In this document: positions 1 to 10,686 of the stretch, in pieces
Layout: every line of letters begins with the position of its first letter
How positions within the stretch are numbered: the first letter of the stretch is position 1
Origin: Saccharofermentans sp.
GTDB taxonomy: Bacteria; Bacillota; Clostridia; Saccharofermentanales; Saccharofermentanaceae
Length of the DNA: 64,000 nucleotides
Direction of reading: 5' to 3'
Assembly (NCBI GenBank): GCA_024403675.1
Contig: JAKSRH010000006.1
Coordinates: 24,111 to 88,110 of the forward strand
Translations under genes and position numbers: made by a program
Notes under the pieces: generated by a model
Told to the model about the DNA's origin: nothing
Seen by the model: the letters and a program-made list of their open reading frames with translations, nothing else
The model's database searches: none

Positions 1-4
1 CCCT

Positions 5-2245
5 ATGTATACAGCTCATTCTGTTCTTAAAAGAATGGAAGTGGATATTGATGGAATTTTGGATGATTTGAAGCCAGTTTTTGCCAAAATGGCAGATAAC
101 AAGGAGTTTATGAGAGCTAATGAATCAGCTTCTGATGGAGCGGATGAGTCATCTAATAACAAAAAGGAAGAACGTAATAATAAGCGCGCTAGAAAAGAAA
201 AGCAGAAGAAGCTCGATCAATATGGTAAGAATCTTACACAGTTGGCTTTGGACGGAAAAATCGATCCTGTTATTGGCCGTGAGGAAGAAATCAATCGTGT
301 AATGCAGATTCTTGCCAGAAGAACCAAGAATAATCCTTGCCTTGTTGGCGATCCAGGTGTTGGTAAGACAGCAATTGCTGAGGGTCTTGCGCTTAAGATT
401 GCTACTAAGGATGTTCCTGAAATGCTCCAGGACAAGGTGGTATACAGCATCGACATGGGTAGCATGCTTGCTGGTTCCAAATACAGGGGTGATTTTGAGG
501 AGCGTATTAAGGGTGTTCTCGATGAAGCTTCAAGTGATCCCAATATTATCCTTTTTATCGATGAGATTCATTCTCTCGTAGGTGCAGGTAGCGGTTCTGA
601 TGGTAATTTAGATGCTGCTAATATTATGAAGCCTATGCTTACAAAGAATGAGCTTCAGGTAGTAGGTGCTACTACTCTTGATGAGTATTCTAAGTACATT
701 GAGAAGGATTCTGCATTAGAGAGACGTTTCCAGAAGGTTATTGTAGATGAACCATCTGCGGCGGAAGCTATTGAAATCATTAAGGGTCTTCGTCCAAAGT
801 ATGAGGAGCACCATAAGATTCATATCACTGATGAGGCTATTGAGCAGGCAGTAATTTTGTCTAGCAGATATATCTCTGATAGATTCCTTCCTGATAAGGC
901 GATTGACCTTGTAGATGAGGCCGCAGCTCGAAAGAGAATTAACTTTGCTGATACAGTATCTGTTAGAGACCTTGAGAATCAGCTTCAGGAAGTTAAGCGC
1001 AAAAAGGAAGAGGCTTCTGCAGCACTTGAATTTGAGACTGCAGGTGTTTATAAGCAGCAGGAAGCATCTTTACAGGAAAAGCTTGATAGCGTTAAAAGTA
1101 AGTCTGCCCCTGATGACGAAGGCTTTACTGGTGTGCTTACAGTAGATGATATTGCTGATGTTCTTTCCAAGTGGTCTGGTGTACCTGTATCAAAGATTAC
1201 TGAAACAGATGCTGCTAAGCTTCGTGGTCTTGAAAATGAGCTCAAGAGCAGAGTTATTGGCCAGGATGAGGCAGTTACTGCAATTTCTAAGGCAATTAGA
1301 AGAAGTCGTCTTGGACTTAAAGACCCTACAAAGCCATCTGGTTCTTTTATCTTCCTTGGTACTACTGGTGTTGGTAAGACAGAGCTTGCAAAGGCACTTG
1401 CTGAAGTAATGTTTGGTAATGAGAATGCTCTTGTAAGAATTGATATGTCAGAGTATATGGAGAAGAATGATGTTACTAAGCTTATTGGTTCTCCTCCAGG
1501 ATATGTTGGATATGAAGAGGGTGGTCAGCTTACAGAGAAGGTAAGAAGACATCCATATTCAGTAGTCCTTTTTGATGAGATTGAGAAGGCACACCCAGAT
1601 ATTTTCAATTCTATGCTTCAGATTCTCGATGACGGAAGACTTACAGATGGTAAGGGTAGAGTTGTAGATTTTAAAAATACAATTATTATCATGACTTCTA
1701 ATATTGGTGCTAGAATGCTTACTTCTTCTGCTGGTAGAAGAATTGGATTCGCTTCTGCTGATGAGAAGGATGAGGATGAGGCAAGCCGCGAGGGCCTTTA
1801 TGGTGGTAAGAGCTATGCTGATGCTAAGGTAACAGTTCTTGATGAACTTAAGAAGGCATTCTCTCCTGAGTTTGTAAACCGTGTGGATGAGATTATTTTC
1901 TTTAGAATGCTTGGCCGAGATTCTCTTATTAAGATTGTAGATCTTCTTACTGCATCTGTAGGAAAGAGAGTTAAGGATATTGGCATTGAGATTAAGCTTA
2001 CAGATAATGCTAAGGAGCTTCTTGCCAAGAAGGGTTATGATCCTCAGTATGGTGCACGTCCACTTAAGCGAGTTATCCAGTCCATGGTCGAGGATAACAT
2101 TTCTGAGGCGCTCCTTGATGAGGTTATTAAACCAGGATGTATTGCTCTAGTAGATGCTATAGAGGATGAAATTGTAGTCACTAATGCAGGTTTGATTGAA
2201 AACGAACAAGAACATGCAGAAGAGAAAGTAGCACAAACAACATAA
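5..2245 (+). CDS. clpC: ATP-dependent Clp protease ATP-binding subunit ClpC (N-terminus probably starts before the window)
   Basis: Two AAA+ modules (GDPGVGKT/LFIDEIH; GTTGVGKT/LFDEIEKAHP), RRTKNNP and GSPPGYVGY motifs, UVR-like coiled coil; N-terminal Clp domain incomplete. Confidence 0.93.
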   Translation: MYTAHSVLKRMEVDIDGILDDLKPVFAKMADNKEFMRANESASDGADESSNNKKEERNNKRARKEKQKKLDQYGKNLTQLALDGKIDPVIGREEEINRVMQILARRTKNNPCLVGDPGVGKTAIAEGLALKIATKDVPEMLQDKVVYSIDMGSMLAGSKYRGDFEERIKGVLDEASSDPNIILFIDEIHSLVGAGSGSDGNLDAANIMKPMLTKNELQVVGATTLDEYSKYIEKDSALERRFQKVIVDEPSAAEAIEIIKGLRPKYEEHHKIHITDEAIEQAVILSSRYISDRFLPDKAIDLVDEAAARKRINFADTVSVRDLENQLQEVKRKKEEASAALEFETAGVYKQQEASLQEKLDSVKSKSAPDDEGFTGVLTVDDIADVLSKWSGVPVSKITETDAAKLRGLENELKSRVIGQDEAVTAISKAIRRSRLGLKDPTKPSGSFIFLGTTGVGKTELAKALAEVMFGNENALVRIDMSEYMEKNDVTKLIGSPPGYVGYEEGGQLTEKVRRHPYSVVLFDEIEKAHPDIFNSMLQILDDGRLTDGKGRVVDFKNTIIIMTSNIGARMLTSSAGRRIGFASADEKDEDEASREGLYGGKSYADAKVTVLDELKKAFSPEFVNRVDEIIFFRMLGRDSLIKIVDLLTASVGKRVKDIGIEIKLTDNAKELLAKKGYDPQYGARPLKRVIQSMVEDNISEALLDEVIKPGCIALVDAIEDEIVVTNAGLIENEQEHAEEKVAQTT

Positions 2246-2278
2246 TCCCTTTTATTTATTGGTGTTTCTGGTAATTAT

Positions 2279-2309
2279 GATGCCGTCCGAATTGTTCGGG
2301 CGGCATTTG
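2279..2309 (+). terminator. Rho-independent terminator after clpC
   Basis: gatgccgtccgaa-ttg-ttcgggcggcatt stem-loop followed by T-rich sequence. Confidence 0.75.
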
Positions 2310-2335
2310 TATTAAGTAGAAAGTGTCCGATTAAT

Positions 2336-2417
2336 GCACTAGATAGAGTGGTATACTATAAATGTAACACTAGATATAGTGTTTGTTGTTGACACTACCA
2401 CTACATATAGATACAAT
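2336..2417 (+). promoter_or_regulatory. nrdD promoter with three NrdR boxes
   Basis: gcactagatagagtgg (2336), acactagatatagtgt (2367) and ccactacatatagata (2398) match the NrdR consensus at 31-bp spacing; TTGACA 2389-2394, 17 bp, TACAAT 2412-2417. Confidence 0.85.
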
Positions 2418-2572
2418 TAAATCGTTTTAATCAATAGGGGAATTTTTCACATTTTGTAGAAATTTGTTCGTCAAATTGTAATGTAATAACGCTGTAAAGT
2501 TATTGTAACCCATCAGCAACATTGCTACAATTAACAAGGATTTTTTATAACCAACTAAGGCAAGGTGCACAA

Positions 2573-4756
2573 ATGAAGATTATCAAGAGAAACAAGACAG
2601 AAGTTGATTTCGACATAACCAAAATTGTTAATGCTGTTACTAAGGCTAATAACGCTGCTAGAGAAAGCGAGCGTATGACAACAACTCAGATTATGAGAAT
2701 TGCTGATTCTGTAGAGAAGCAGTGTGAGAAGGTTAGCCGTGCACTTTCCGTGGAGGAAATCCAGGATTTAGTAGAGAAGCAGATTATGGCACACGGTGCA
2801 TATGAGGTAGCTAAGCTTTACATTACATATCGTTATACAAGAACTCTCGTACGTCAGTCTAATACTACAGATGATAGTATCCTTACACTTATTGAGTGTA
2901 ATAACGAGGAGCTTAAGCAGGAGAATTCCAATAAGAATCCTACAGTAAATAGCGTACAGCGTGACTATATGGCTGGTGAGGTTTCTAAGGACATCACTAA
3001 TCGAATTCTTCTCCCTGAGGAAATTGTAGAGGCTCATAAGAATGGTCTTATTCATTTCCATGACAGCGACTATTTTGCGCAGCACATGCACAACTGTGAC
3101 CTCGTAAATCTTGAGGATATGCTTCAGAATGGTACTGTAATTTCTGGTACTATGATTGAGAAGCCACATAGCTTTTCCACAGCATGTAATATCGCTACAC
3201 AGATTATTGCCCAGGTAGCTTCTAACCAGTATGGTGGACAGTCCATTTCTCTTACACACCTTGCACCTTTCGTACAGATTTCACGTGAGAAGATTAGAAA
3301 GATTGTTACTAAGGAGATGGATGATCTCGGTATTCAGCTTACGGAGGATAAGCTTACAAGTCTTGTAGAGAAGAGACTTCGTGAGGAAATCGAGAGAGGT
3401 GTTCAGACTATTCAGTATCAGGTAGTTACACTTCTTACTACAAATGGACAGGCACCATTTGTTACTGTATTTATGTATCTTAATGAGGCTAAGGACCCTC
3501 AGCTTAAGAGTGACCTTGCTATGATTATTGAAGAGGTTCTCAAGCAGCGTATCCAGGGCGTTAAGAATGAGTCTGGTGTCTATGTAACACCTGCTTTCCC
3601 TAAGCTTATTTATGTTCTTGAAGAGGACAATATCAAGCCAGATTCTCAGTATTATTACCTTACAAGACTTGCAGCAAAGTGTACTGCTAAGCGTATGGTT
3701 CCAGATTATATTTCTGAGAAGGTTATGCTTGATCTTAAGGTAGATAAGAATGGTGAGGGTCACTGCTATACATGTATGGGTTGTAGATCATTCCTTACTA
3801 CATATGTTGATGAGAATAATCAGCCTAAGTACTATGGTCGTTTCAACCAGGGTGTTGTTACTATTAATCTTGTTGATGTAGCTTGCTCTGCTTGTAGTGA
3901 GACAAGAGATGAGGCAAAGTTTTGGAAGATTCTTGATGAGAGACTTGAGCTTTGTCATAAGGCTCTTCGCTGCCGTCATGACAGACTTGTAGGTACACTT
4001 TCAGATGCTGCTCCTATTCTTTGGCAGTATGGTGCTCTTGCTCGTCTCAAGAAGGGTGAACCTATTACAAAGCTCCTTTATGGTGGTTATTCTACACTTT
4101 CTCTTGGCTATGCAGGTCTTTGGGAGTGTGTATTTGAAGTAACTGGCAAGAAGCTTACAGAGGCTGAGGGTGAGGCATTTGGTCTCAAGATTATGCAGGC
4201 TCTTAATGATGCATGTGCTAAGTGGAAGGATGCAGAGAATATTGACTATTCCCTCTATGGCACACCACTTGAGTCTACAACATATAAGTTTGCAAAGGCG
4301 CTTCAGAGAAGATTCGGTGTTATTAAGGGTGTAACAGATCGTAATTACATCACTAATTCTTACCATGTACATGTAACAGAGCAGATTGATGCATTTAAGA
4401 AGCTTTCACTTGAGTCCAAGTTCCAGAAGCTTTCTCCAGGTGGTGCTATTAGTTATATCGAAGTTCCTGACATGCAGAATAACATTGATGCTGTTATGGA
4501 TGTTATGGCATATATCTATGAGAACATCATGTATGCAGAGCTCAATACTAAGTCTGACTATTGCCAGGTATGTGGTTACAATGGTGAGATTCAGATTAAG
4601 GAAGATGATGGTAAGCTCATTTGGGAGTGCCCAAACTGTGGTAACAGAGACCAGGCTAAGCTTAACGTAGCTAGAAGAACTTGTGGTTATATTGGAACAC
4701 AGTTCTGGAATCAGGGTCGTACACAGGAAATTAGAGAGAGAGTTCTCCACCTCTAA
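2573..4756 (+). CDS. nrdD: Anaerobic (class III) ribonucleoside-triphosphate reductase
   Basis: N-terminal ATP cone, MGCRS, CxxC...CxxC Zn site, C-terminal RRTCGY glycyl-radical motif; ATG at 2573 after aaggtg RBS. Confidence 0.96.
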   Translation: MKIIKRNKTEVDFDITKIVNAVTKANNAARESERMTTTQIMRIADSVEKQCEKVSRALSVEEIQDLVEKQIMAHGAYEVAKLYITYRYTRTLVRQSNTTDDSILTLIECNNEELKQENSNKNPTVNSVQRDYMAGEVSKDITNRILLPEEIVEAHKNGLIHFHDSDYFAQHMHNCDLVNLEDMLQNGTVISGTMIEKPHSFSTACNIATQIIAQVASNQYGGQSISLTHLAPFVQISREKIRKIVTKEMDDLGIQLTEDKLTSLVEKRLREEIERGVQTIQYQVVTLLTTNGQAPFVTVFMYLNEAKDPQLKSDLAMIIEEVLKQRIQGVKNESGVYVTPAFPKLIYVLEEDNIKPDSQYYYLTRLAAKCTAKRMVPDYISEKVMLDLKVDKNGEGHCYTCMGCRSFLTTYVDENNQPKYYGRFNQGVVTINLVDVACSACSETRDEAKFWKILDERLELCHKALRCRHDRLVGTLSDAAPILWQYGALARLKKGEPITKLLYGGYSTLSLGYAGLWECVFEVTGKKLTEAEGEAFGLKIMQALNDACAKWKDAENIDYSLYGTPLESTTYKFAKALQRRFGVIKGVTDRNYITNSYHVHVTEQIDAFKKLSLESKFQKLSPGGAISYIEVPDMQNNIDAVMDVMAYIYENIMYAELNTKSDYCQVCGYNGEIQIKEDDGKLIWECPNCGNRDQAKLNVARRTCGYIGTQFWNQGRTQEIRERVLHL

Positions 4757-5295
4757 TGCATTACGGAGCAATTAAAGAATTCGATATAGCAGACGGAATC
4801 GGCACAAGAGTTACTGTGTTTGTTTCCGGATGCACTAATCGTTGCGAAGGTTGTTTCCAGCCTGAGACTTGGGATTTTGAATTTGGTCAGCCATTCACAA
4901 AAGAGACAGAAGATTATGTGCTCAAGTGTCTTGAGCCATACTATATTCATGGTTTGACTATTTTAGGTGGTGAGCCATTTGAGCCATCTAATCAGCGTGC
5001 GTTACTTCCATTTTTGAAGAGATTTAAGGAAATGTATCCTAACAAAGATCTGTGGATGTTTACAGGTTTTCGTTATGAGGATGAACTTATTAAACCTGGT
5101 AGTCACCCTAACTGTGAGGTGACTGATGAGATTTTGTCTTTGGTGAATATACTAGTAGATGGAAGGTTTATTTTGTCCAAAAAAGACATAAGATTGAAAT
5201 TTCGCGGCTCCTCAAATCAGCGTATAATTAATATGGTAAAGACTAGAGAAACTGGCGAGATTGTCTTATGGGATGATAGTATCGCCTCTGAATAG
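4756..5295 (+). CDS. nrdG: Anaerobic RNR activating protein (radical SAM)
   Basis: CTNRCEGC motif, LGGEP, FRGSSNQR; coupled to the nrdD stop (taatg). Confidence 0.95.
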   Translation: MHYGAIKEFDIADGIGTRVTVFVSGCTNRCEGCFQPETWDFEFGQPFTKETEDYVLKCLEPYYIHGLTILGGEPFEPSNQRALLPFLKRFKEMYPNKDLWMFTGFRYEDELIKPGSHPNCEVTDEILSLVNILVDGRFILSKKDIRLKFRGSSNQRIINMVKTRETGEIVLWDDSIASE

Positions 5296-5307
5296 TTGGG
5301 GAGATTA

Positions 5308-7257
5308 ATGAGATATCGTTTTGAACGCTGGCTGGGGTTAGATGCTACCTCACCATATGTTGGACATTATTTTGAAGCTAGCAATGCAAGGGCAAGTATT
5401 TACATGTCTCTTATTGTTATGCTTATCGAAATATGGATGATAGTTGATCTCGCTAGAACTAAGTCTAGTGAAGTTATTACAACTGCAGGATATCCTATTT
5501 TAAATTGGTTCTTCTATATTCTTTTGTTTGCAAGTGCGATTGTAGTTCTTTTTAATGCGGACAAATACTTTTTAAATGGTGAAAAATATGCACCTTTTGG
5601 AAAGATTATATTAGGGTTATTCGTTTTTATTTGTAGTGCATTTGGAATATATACTGCTTATTGCAACTTTATGAACGGAGAGCAGATTCTCAGCTTTTTC
5701 GTAATGGAATTGTTAGTTGTTTGTTTACTTGCTTGGAAGCCATACATTTCATTTTTTATTTTGCTTTTATCAAGTTCCACTTTATATCTTTTGATGGATT
5801 ATTACTCTCCGATTTCTGCCAAGATGAGTGCTTATTATATGATTATGACAATTGCCATTTTCTTTACTTCGTTCAGCACTTTTTCACAGAAACGTGCAGA
5901 AGCGGAGAAGGATGAGCGACTTGAGAGCACTTATACTCAGCTTACTAATATAGCGACTGTTGATGAACTTACTGGAATTCCAAATATGAATTACTTCCGT
6001 GAAAATGTAAGAACTATTTTGGATTCTGGTAGACGTAATCCTAAAAAGATGATTTTCCTCTTCCTTGATGTTGAAAATTTCAAGGCTCTTAACGAGAAAT
6101 ATGGATTTGAGTCTGGTAACGCATTCCTTGCCAAATTTGGTAATCAGATTTCTGAAATCTTCAATGATAGTCTTCTTGCTAGACAGGGAGATGATCACTT
6201 TGTAATTTTTACAGACCGTAGTACATTTATGGATCGTCTCAGTAAATTGAGATCTATTCTTTATGATTATCACACAGAAACACTTATTGGTATTAAAGCT
6301 GGTGGTTATGTTCCAGAGGACAGTAGCTGTGACGTAAATCTTGCTATCGATAGAGCTCGATATGCATGCTCTAGTATTAAGAAGCATTATGATCAGGATT
6401 ATAGAGAATACGATAGTGCTCTTAATTCTGAGTTTGAGATGAGACAGTATATCGTAAATAACATTGACGCAGCTTTGGATAAAGGTGAAATCAAGGTATA
6501 TTATCAGCCAGTAATGTGGTCTAGAAATTATAAGCTTTGTGGATATGAGGCACTTACTAAATGGGAGGATCCAAAATATGGTCTTCTTCAGCCAGGTGTG
6601 TATATCCCAGTGCTTGAGGAGTATAGACAGGTTCATAAAATCGATATGATTGTTTGTGAGACAGTTTGTCGAGACATTAGAACATTGATGGATAAGCATA
6701 GACCAGCGGTTCCAGTGTCACTTAATTTCTCACGTCTTGATTTTGAACTTACAGATGTAACAGATATTCTTGAGACATTCACTCAGAAGTACAATGTTCC
6801 AAGATCATTTTTGCATGTAGAAGTTACAGAGAGTGCGTTGTCAGGGGAGCTCACAGAGCTTAAGGCAGAGCTTGATGAGATGAAGGAACTTGGATATCCA
6901 CTCTGGCTCGATGATTTTGGTTCTGGATATTCTTCTCTTAATGTTTTGAAGGATTTTTCCTTTGACGTTATGAAGATTGATATGAAGTTCCTTTCTAGTT
7001 TTGATCAGAATCCTGAAAAGAGTAAATTAGTACTAAGAAATGTGTGTGCTCTTTCAAATGATCTTGGCATGAGAAGTTTGTGCGAAGGTGTAGAAACACG
7101 AGAGCAGGCGGATTATCTTAAGTCTATTGGATGTGAGCGTTTGCAGGGTTATTACTTTGGCAAGGCTATGGTTTTGGACGATATCATGGTTAAGATTAAG
7201 GCAGGAACAATTCCTGTATCTGAGGAGTTTATTGTAAAGGCATTTAGTGGAACATAA
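5308..7257 (+). CDS. Membrane-bound GGDEF/EAL protein (likely c-di-GMP phosphodiesterase)
   Basis: About 6 N-terminal TM segments, DELTGIPN, degenerate GDDHF, intact EAL and DDFGSGYSS, QGYYF. Confidence 0.9.
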   Translation: MRYRFERWLGLDATSPYVGHYFEASNARASIYMSLIVMLIEIWMIVDLARTKSSEVITTAGYPILNWFFYILLFASAIVVLFNADKYFLNGEKYAPFGKIILGLFVFICSAFGIYTAYCNFMNGEQILSFFVMELLVVCLLAWKPYISFFILLLSSSTLYLLMDYYSPISAKMSAYYMIMTIAIFFTSFSTFSQKRAEAEKDERLESTYTQLTNIATVDELTGIPNMNYFRENVRTILDSGRRNPKKMIFLFLDVENFKALNEKYGFESGNAFLAKFGNQISEIFNDSLLARQGDDHFVIFTDRSTFMDRLSKLRSILYDYHTETLIGIKAGGYVPEDSSCDVNLAIDRARYACSSIKKHYDQDYREYDSALNSEFEMRQYIVNNIDAALDKGEIKVYYQPVMWSRNYKLCGYEALTKWEDPKYGLLQPGVYIPVLEEYRQVHKIDMIVCETVCRDIRTLMDKHRPAVPVSLNFSRLDFELTDVTDILETFTQKYNVPRSFLHVEVTESALSGELTELKAELDEMKELGYPLWLDDFGSGYSSLNVLKDFSFDVMKIDMKFLSSFDQNPEKSKLVLRNVCALSNDLGMRSLCEGVETREQADYLKSIGCERLQGYYFGKAMVLDDIMVKIKAGTIPVSEEFIVKAFSGT

Positions 7258-8047
7258 TATGAATCCTCATGCTGTGTTTTTTGATATAGATGGTACCTTA
7301 TGGGACCGCTATAACTTTATTCCGGATAGTACTAGACAAGCCATAAAGAAGCTAAAGGCAAATGGGCATTTGGCTTTTATTAACACGGGAAGAACAAGAG
7401 GCTATGTAACCAATCCAGATTTATTAAGTCTTGGATTTGATGGTATTGTATGTGGCTGTGGAACTATGGTGGAGTATAAAGGTGATATTATCTTTCTTCA
7501 TGAAATTGATAATGAACTTCTAGCTAACATGATTCTATTAATGAGAGACTTTGGGATGAAGCCTATCATAGAGGGCAAGGAATACCTCTATATGGAAGAG
7601 GCAGACTTTATAGATGATCCATATGGTAAAAAGCTTATGAGTGAGCTTAAAGAGGCACGTAGGTCCATTGATGAGTATTGGGGAAGGTGGAATGGCTCTA
7701 AGGTGTCTTGCGAAATGGATGGGTGTGATTACGAGAGATGCTTTAGCATCCTTTCTAATGATTTTGATGCGCTTGTGCACAATCCTCATGTGGCAGAGAT
7801 AGTTCCTTGTGGTTTTACTAAGGGCACAGGTATCAAAAAGGTCTGTGAGTATCTTGGTATAGATCTTGCAGATACGGTTGCTATAGGTGATAGCGTAAAT
7901 GATATCGAAATGCTAAAGACGGCAGGTGTAAGCGTAGCTATGGGTAGTGGTTCTGATGATGCCAAAAATATAGCTACGTATGTTACTACACCACTTTTAG
8001 AAGATGGTATTTATGACGCGCTAGTTCATCTGGGATTAATTGATTAA
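7247..8047 (+). CDS. Cof-type HAD-IIB hydrolase
   Basis: FFDIDGTL, TGR, GDSVND motifs; start may be ATG 7259. Confidence 0.9.
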   Translation: MEHNMNPHAVFFDIDGTLWDRYNFIPDSTRQAIKKLKANGHLAFINTGRTRGYVTNPDLLSLGFDGIVCGCGTMVEYKGDIIFLHEIDNELLANMILLMRDFGMKPIIEGKEYLYMEEADFIDDPYGKKLMSELKEARRSIDEYWGRWNGSKVSCEMDGCDYERCFSILSNDFDALVHNPHVAEIVPCGFTKGTGIKKVCEYLGIDLADTVAIGDSVNDIEMLKTAGVSVAMGSGSDDAKNIATYVTTPLLEDGIYDALVHLGLID

Positions 8048-8057
8048 TTAATATAAG

Positions 8058-8079
8058 CCGCCTCCAATATTGGAGGCGG
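8058..8079. terminator. Probable bidirectional terminator between convergent HAD and LysR genes
   Basis: Perfect palindrome ccgcctccaatattggaggcgg. Confidence 0.7.
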
Positions 8080-8090
8080 AAACTTTGTTT

Positions 8091-8948
8091 TTAGTTAATA
8101 GATAAGAATTTCACGAAAGTTTTTTCTGTTAAATTCATTTCATCAGTTCCTTTGTATACCAATTTATAACTAATAGAAACAAGTGGATATAATGGAATGA
8201 TATTAAAGTTCTTTAGTGTTTCATCATCTTGGACGTTGATTGGTACTATTGCTATACCACCGCCTTTGGATAATATGCTTTGAGTTACTCCCCAGTCATC
8301 ACAAAGTACATTTGGCTTCTTGTGGTTAAGCCATTCGACAAGTTCAGCATTCAATAATAAATTGTTCGCTGTAATTAGTCTTAGGTACCTTATATCACAT
8401 TCTTTTATTATGGATTTATGAGCTAGAGGCACATCTTGTGAGATGGCAATCCCAAGTGGAACAGAATCAAACTTTTTGATTGTTGTAGCTCCTGGTATGT
8501 AATCATTATCTGGTAATAGATAGAATCTACCTTCTAGAGCCAAATCTATTTCTGATTTGAAGTTAATCCTTTGAAGGTCAATTGATACATTGGGGTACAT
8601 ACATCCAAAATTTGTCAGAACATCGTTGATGGTGTAGTTTCCTAAGGCATCATTACTATAAATGGCAAGATGACCTGATAGTGATGAAGCGCTAGAGAGT
8701 CGTTCGCTTTTAAATCTTTCCAGAGTTAAAAGGTATGACCTAATAATTCTTTCAAGTGCTTTTCCGTCTGAGTTGAGAGATTTGGGGACCTTTTTTGTCT
8801 CAAAGAGCACGAACCCTAGATATTCTTCTAGAGTTTTCATTTGTTTGCTGACTGCAGCTTGGCTAATACCGAGTTGTTTAGCAGCTTTAGTCAGGCTTTG
8901 CTCCTTTGATACGACCAGAAAAGTATCAAAGATGCTTAGATTTTTCAT
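8091..8948 (-). CDS. LysR-family transcriptional regulator
   Basis: SLTKAAKQLGISQAAVSKQMKTLEEYLGFVLF HTH, 285 aa. Confidence 0.88.
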   Translation of the reverse strand: MKNLSIFDTFLVVSKEQSLTKAAKQLGISQAAVSKQMKTLEEYLGFVLFETKKVPKSLNSDGKALERIIRSYLLTLERFKSERLSSASSLSGHLAIYSNDALGNYTINDVLTNFGCMYPNVSIDLQRINFKSEIDLALEGRFYLLPDNDYIPGATTIKKFDSVPLGIAISQDVPLAHKSIIKECDIRYLRLITANNLLLNAELVEWLNHKKPNVLCDDWGVTQSILSKGGGIAIVPINVQDDETLKNFNIIPLYPLVSISYKLVYKGTDEMNLTEKTFVKFLSIN

Positions 8949-8964
8949 AATAACCTCCTAATTT

Positions 8965-10569
8965 TTATTTTGAGGGGAGGGTTATTAGAAAACTTTTTGC
9001 GCGTATAGAAAATACGCATTCGCCTTTGAAAAAGAAATTATGAGTAGTAAAAGGTCCGAAAGCATCGTGCTTTACAGAATCGAAAACAATAGTTTTCTCT
9101 TTTCGTGTTACTTCTTCGCTAACTGCATCTACATCTTCTGCAATAACACTTACAGTATCCGTTAAGTCGCAGAATGAAAACTCAGGATATGTTATGAGAG
9201 TATAGTCATAATCCGAGTTATCAAGGAAAGAATTTCTTGTAACTTTCAGCTTTATTCCTTTCTTTAATTCTTTAACGCTAAGGCTATATAGACAATAAGC
9301 ATGAGAGCCTATTAATTCGTATATTGGATAAGGAAATGATGCATGAAAAGATGACTTACGATGTTCAATACAGTCATATGTGTCCTGTATTTTTTTCTTT
9401 ATGGAAGACATAACTTTGTCATCACCATATTGTTTGCATTCCATCATGCGCATGGTAAGTGCGAATTCTGCTTGAAGGAATAATCTAAATGCATGATATC
9501 TTCTGTCTGCTAGTGGAGTGTCTGGCTTAAGTAGTTGTAGCTTTCCTAATCGTAGTGCTACATCCGCAAAACTTCCTTCAAATTCGCCTTGCTCGAATCT
9601 ATAACGGCACTCTCCATAGAACTTTTCTATGATTGATGACGCCATAGGAAGATTTTGCTTTACGTAATATCCATTCATGAACATATCGGCTAATTTGTAG
9701 CCGGATTCAATTATTCCGTAAGTGTTTCCTATGGAGTAGTAATAGAATGCTCTCTCGTAGTTAGGTATACCTCCACTAAGGCGTCCATAGTAGTAGATAT
9801 AGCCTAATGTATTTGCTGCATAGCCAAATCCACCCTCGCGCCAAAGTCTCTCGAGACAATCGGCAGATGCTTTCCAATCGCAGTCATAAAGGGAATTGCC
9901 ACCATAGCAGGCATAAGCCTTAATTCTTAGGGCAGTCATGTTACCTTTATCAGATAGTTCATCACAATATGTTCTAAACAGATTACGAATATCTTCAGGG
10001 GCATCTTTGAGTATGAGATCGTTATCGTATTGAGCAAGAAAATCGACTTTGATTTCATCAATATATCTACGATCTTCTACATCTAATCCCTCATCTTCCA
10101 TATGCCATTCAATTTGGGTAATCATGCCTTTTAAATCAACATAATCAGAAAGTGGAGAACCCATGTCCTCTAAGGCAATATCCATATAAACTACAAATAA
10201 TTTGCGAAGAATCCACATCATGATGTCCTCATCGGATTCAGGCATAGTAATCATTCTATAACCGCCAATAGAAGATGCATTAGGACCAAAAAGGTCATCG
10301 AGGCAGAGATTGAGATATAGCTTTTCTACGAGTGGTTTAAACCAATTCATGCAGAATTCGAGTACACCTTTTCCAGAAATGTCACATCTTTGAAGCACAC
10401 CGTATAAATCGTCGAGAGTCATTCGATAATACTCTTCGACTACAACTTCAGTTTTTTCTCCGTCTTTAAAGTTCTTCCAGAAATCAAACCATGTTCTTTT
10501 CATGGAAGCAAAATCCTGGAGCATTTCTTCAGTTATATATAATTTGTTGTCAAAATCAGATGATGACAT
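8965..10569 (-). CDS. Sel1-like (TPR) repeat protein
   Basis: AANTLGYIYYYG...YERAFYYY...YKLADMFMNGYYV Sel1 pattern. Confidence 0.75.
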   Translation of the reverse strand: MSSSDFDNKLYITEEMLQDFASMKRTWFDFWKNFKDGEKTEVVVEEYYRMTLDDLYGVLQRCDISGKGVLEFCMNWFKPLVEKLYLNLCLDDLFGPNASSIGGYRMITMPESDEDIMMWILRKLFVVYMDIALEDMGSPLSDYVDLKGMITQIEWHMEDEGLDVEDRRYIDEIKVDFLAQYDNDLILKDAPEDIRNLFRTYCDELSDKGNMTALRIKAYACYGGNSLYDCDWKASADCLERLWREGGFGYAANTLGYIYYYGRLSGGIPNYERAFYYYSIGNTYGIIESGYKLADMFMNGYYVKQNLPMASSIIEKFYGECRYRFEQGEFEGSFADVALRLGKLQLLKPDTPLADRRYHAFRLFLQAEFALTMRMMECKQYGDDKVMSSIKKKIQDTYDCIEHRKSSFHASFPYPIYELIGSHAYCLYSLSVKELKKGIKLKVTRNSFLDNSDYDYTLITYPEFSFCDLTDTVSVIAEDVDAVSEEVTRKEKTIVFDSVKHDAFGPFTTHNFFFKGECVFSIRAKSFLITLPSK

Positions 10570-10686
10570 GAATACAAATAATCTCCTCTATATTTAAAGT
10601 TTAAACAATAGAACTCGTTAATCAAATGATATTTCTGTAACAAGTGTAGTACAATATAAATAGTATATTTTGTGGAGGATACCGAT

